Source: Candidatus Micrarchaeota archaeon (GTDB lineage Archaea > Micrarchaeota > Micrarchaeia > Micrarchaeales > CABMGC01). From it: 16,852 nt of DNA. Position numbers and translations under genes: made by a program. Location of the stretch: assembly GCA_027319905.1 (NCBI GenBank), contig DAHVMJ010000016.1, forward strand, positions 1-16,852. The letters run 5' to 3'. Shown here piece by piece: positions 15,494-16,852 of the stretch (position 1 is the stretch's first letter; every line of letters starts with the position of its first letter). The notes under the pieces are model-generated. The model had not been told where the DNA came from. It saw only the letters and a list, made by a program, of their open reading frames with translations, and ran no database searches.

Positions 15494-16036
15494 ATGCCGA
15501 TAAGAATAACCTATTTTGTACACGGCACTACGACCGACAACGAGAGCAGCATCTCATCGGGATGGAAGGACGTAGGACTTTCTGCCACCGGAACTAAGCA
15601 GGCTATCGAATTGAAAGCACAGGTTGACAGCGAGTTCGACGCTGTTTTCTGTTCGGATCTGAAGCGGGCAGTGGACTCCGCGGAGCTTACCTTTGGCAAA
15701 AACATCAAAATCATCAAGGATTCAAGACTCAGGGAGTGCAACTATGGTGATTACAATGGCAAACCGTCGAGTATTGTGGAGCCTTTGCAGGAGGCGCACA
15801 TTTACGACAAGTTTCCTAATGGCGAAAGTTATGAAGACGTAAAGAACAGAGTCAAGGATTTCTTGGATTTCTTGAAGAAGGATTATGAAGGGAAGCGAAT
15901 TGCAATCGTTTCGCACAAGGCGCCGCAACTTGCCTTGGAAGTCTTGCTGAAGGGCAGGACATGGCAGCAGGCATTTAGGGACGATTGGAGAAAAAAGAGT
16001 GCGTGGCAGCCAGGCTGGGAATATAAGGTTGGGTAG
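15494..16036 (+). CDS. Histidine phosphatase (phosphoglycerate mutase-like) family protein
   Basis: FVHGTT (variant RHG), FCSDLKRA, LRECNYG, FPNGES, IVSH. Confidence 0.9.
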   Translation: MPIRITYFVHGTTTDNESSISSGWKDVGLSATGTKQAIELKAQVDSEFDAVFCSDLKRAVDSAELTFGKNIKIIKDSRLRECNYGDYNGKPSSIVEPLQEAHIYDKFPNGESYEDVKNRVKDFLDFLKKDYEGKRIAIVSHKAPQLALEVLLKGRTWQQAFRDDWRKKSAWQPGWEYKVG

Positions 16037-16084
16037 ATAAGGTAGATTTTACGACAAGGCGTTGTTCATCTGCAAGTCATAATT

Positions 16085-16120
16085 AAGATACTGAAGAAGT
16101 ACGACAGGACTACCCACTAG
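16085..16120 (+). repeat. Direct repeat copy 2: displaced alternative nnrD 3' end; core at 16087-16107
   Basis: Reads KILKKYDRTTH-TAG versus RILKKYDRTVS-TAG in nnrD, with the same length and stop position. Confidence 0.85.
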
Positions 16121-16688
16121 CTCTTCTTCGTCTATACAGGATCATCGAGACGAGCATAACGTTCAGGATGACAAGCGCGGTAGGGTAAAGAACCGTAACC
16201 GCGTTGATAGACTGCAATGCAAAAAGCGATATTGCGAGAGAGACGCCAGTAAATGCGTAGACTGTTATGCTTTCTTCGCCAGGCCTCTTGTATGATTTCC
16301 TGAACGTTGGTATGAAGCCAACGCTATCAACAGCTGTCACTATTATGACGCTCCAGAGCGGATCCGTCGTCAGTACCCATGCTGCAATACCTGCCAAAGC
16401 TGCAATGAGGCTCGTTTTGTCTAGCAAGGTTATCTCCCTTTCACCGCGGAATATCGAGAAACCAAGTACTGTAATAACAAGTAGTACAGGAACGCCAACT
16501 GCGTAAGCCCCGGCGCCGCCCCCTTTCACGATTGAAGCAAAAAATGCAACAGACTGAGTTATTGACCAGATGAGCCAAGAAAAGGCATGGGGTTTTACCT
16601 TACCATAGATAACCTCTTTCAAATAAGGAAAATAGCCCAGCACGGCAATTACTACGGCCACAATGCCGATGACGATTTGATATTCCAT
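16110..16688 (-). CDS. Multi-pass membrane protein with an internal two-fold repeat (PQ-loop/SemiSWEET-like), function unknown
   Basis: About 6-7 TM; repeated P-Y/T...K..P units (PYLKEVIYGKVKPHAFSW and PTFRKSYKRPGEES). Confidence 0.7.
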   Translation of the reverse strand: MEYQIVIGIVAVVIAVLGYFPYLKEVIYGKVKPHAFSWLIWSITQSVAFFASIVKGGGAGAYAVGVPVLLVITVLGFSIFRGEREITLLDKTSLIAALAGIAAWVLTTDPLWSVIIVTAVDSVGFIPTFRKSYKRPGEESITVYAFTGVSLAISLFALQSINAVTVLYPTALVILNVMLVSMILYRRRRASG

Positions 16689-16691
16689 ATT

Positions 16692-16852
16692 CTACCTGCT
16701 GAAGTTCCACGCGTCTGTGGCGTAGACCGTTCTCGCGAGCTCGCTTGCCCGGCTCTCCTCCTCGCCGCTCAGGCTTCCCTGCTCGTACTCCTTGCCCTTA
16801 GTGAATCCTTTCATCAGAGCCTCGTACGTCTCCTCTATCGAGGCGCTCGAGT
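16692..16852 (-). CDS. C-terminus of a lipoate-protein ligase A / octanoyltransferase family protein; partial
   Basis: Not in the track. Manual translation ...SIEETYEALMKGFTKGKEYEQGSLSGEEESRASELARTVYATDAWNFSR* matches the LplA/LipM catalytic-domain ending (E...A..L....Y....WN..R); lipA is nearby. Confidence 0.72.
   Translation of the reverse strand, partial: SSASIEETYEALMKGFTKGKEYEQGSLSGEEESRASELARTVYATDAWNFSR

Noticed and set aside
12749..16506. Antisense/alternative ORFs over lipA, hicBA, nnrD, the phosphatase and the membrane gene (e.g. 12769-13344, 14215-14508, 15066-15344, 16267-16506)
   Set aside because: They overlap well-supported genes and have no motifs.
1..16852. CRISPR array, integron-like attC array, tRNA/rRNA, integrase or transposase
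   Set aside because: No regularly spaced repeats, no shared long repeat among island intergenic regions, no RNA-gene signatures, and no recombinase or DDE motifs seen by eye.

Overview
Archaeal chromosomal window, most consistent with a DPANN/Micrarchaeota-like organism (inference from Nre, TATA/BRE-like near-leaderless promoters, frequent GTG/TTG starts and compact gene packing). GC-rich housekeeping genes lie on both sides: a partial M24 peptidase, a NUDIX hydrolase and Nre on the left, and lipA, a wHTH, hicBA, nnrD, a histidine phosphatase, a membrane protein and a partial lipoate ligase on the right. Between them is a ~10.8 kb, mostly AT-rich accessory/defence-like island (~2023-12870). 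It encodes three HEPN (RxxxxH) proteins, one of them a GHKL/MORC-type ATPase-HEPN fusion, plus a MazG-like pyrophosphatase, an HxlR-type wHTH, two HNH nucleases, a membrane-anchored PD-(D/E)XK nuclease, a rhomboid-like membrane protein and a GC-rich membrane-anchored HerA/VirB4-like ATPase that apparently starts at ATT. Three microproteins are missing from the ORF track: a very basic 52-aa protein, a DnaJ-type Zn finger and an AN1 Zn finger split by an in-frame TAG. A duplicated nnrD 3' end brackets the phosphatase gene. I found no integrase, tRNA, rRNA or CRISPR array. All family calls come from motif recognition by eye; no database search was run.
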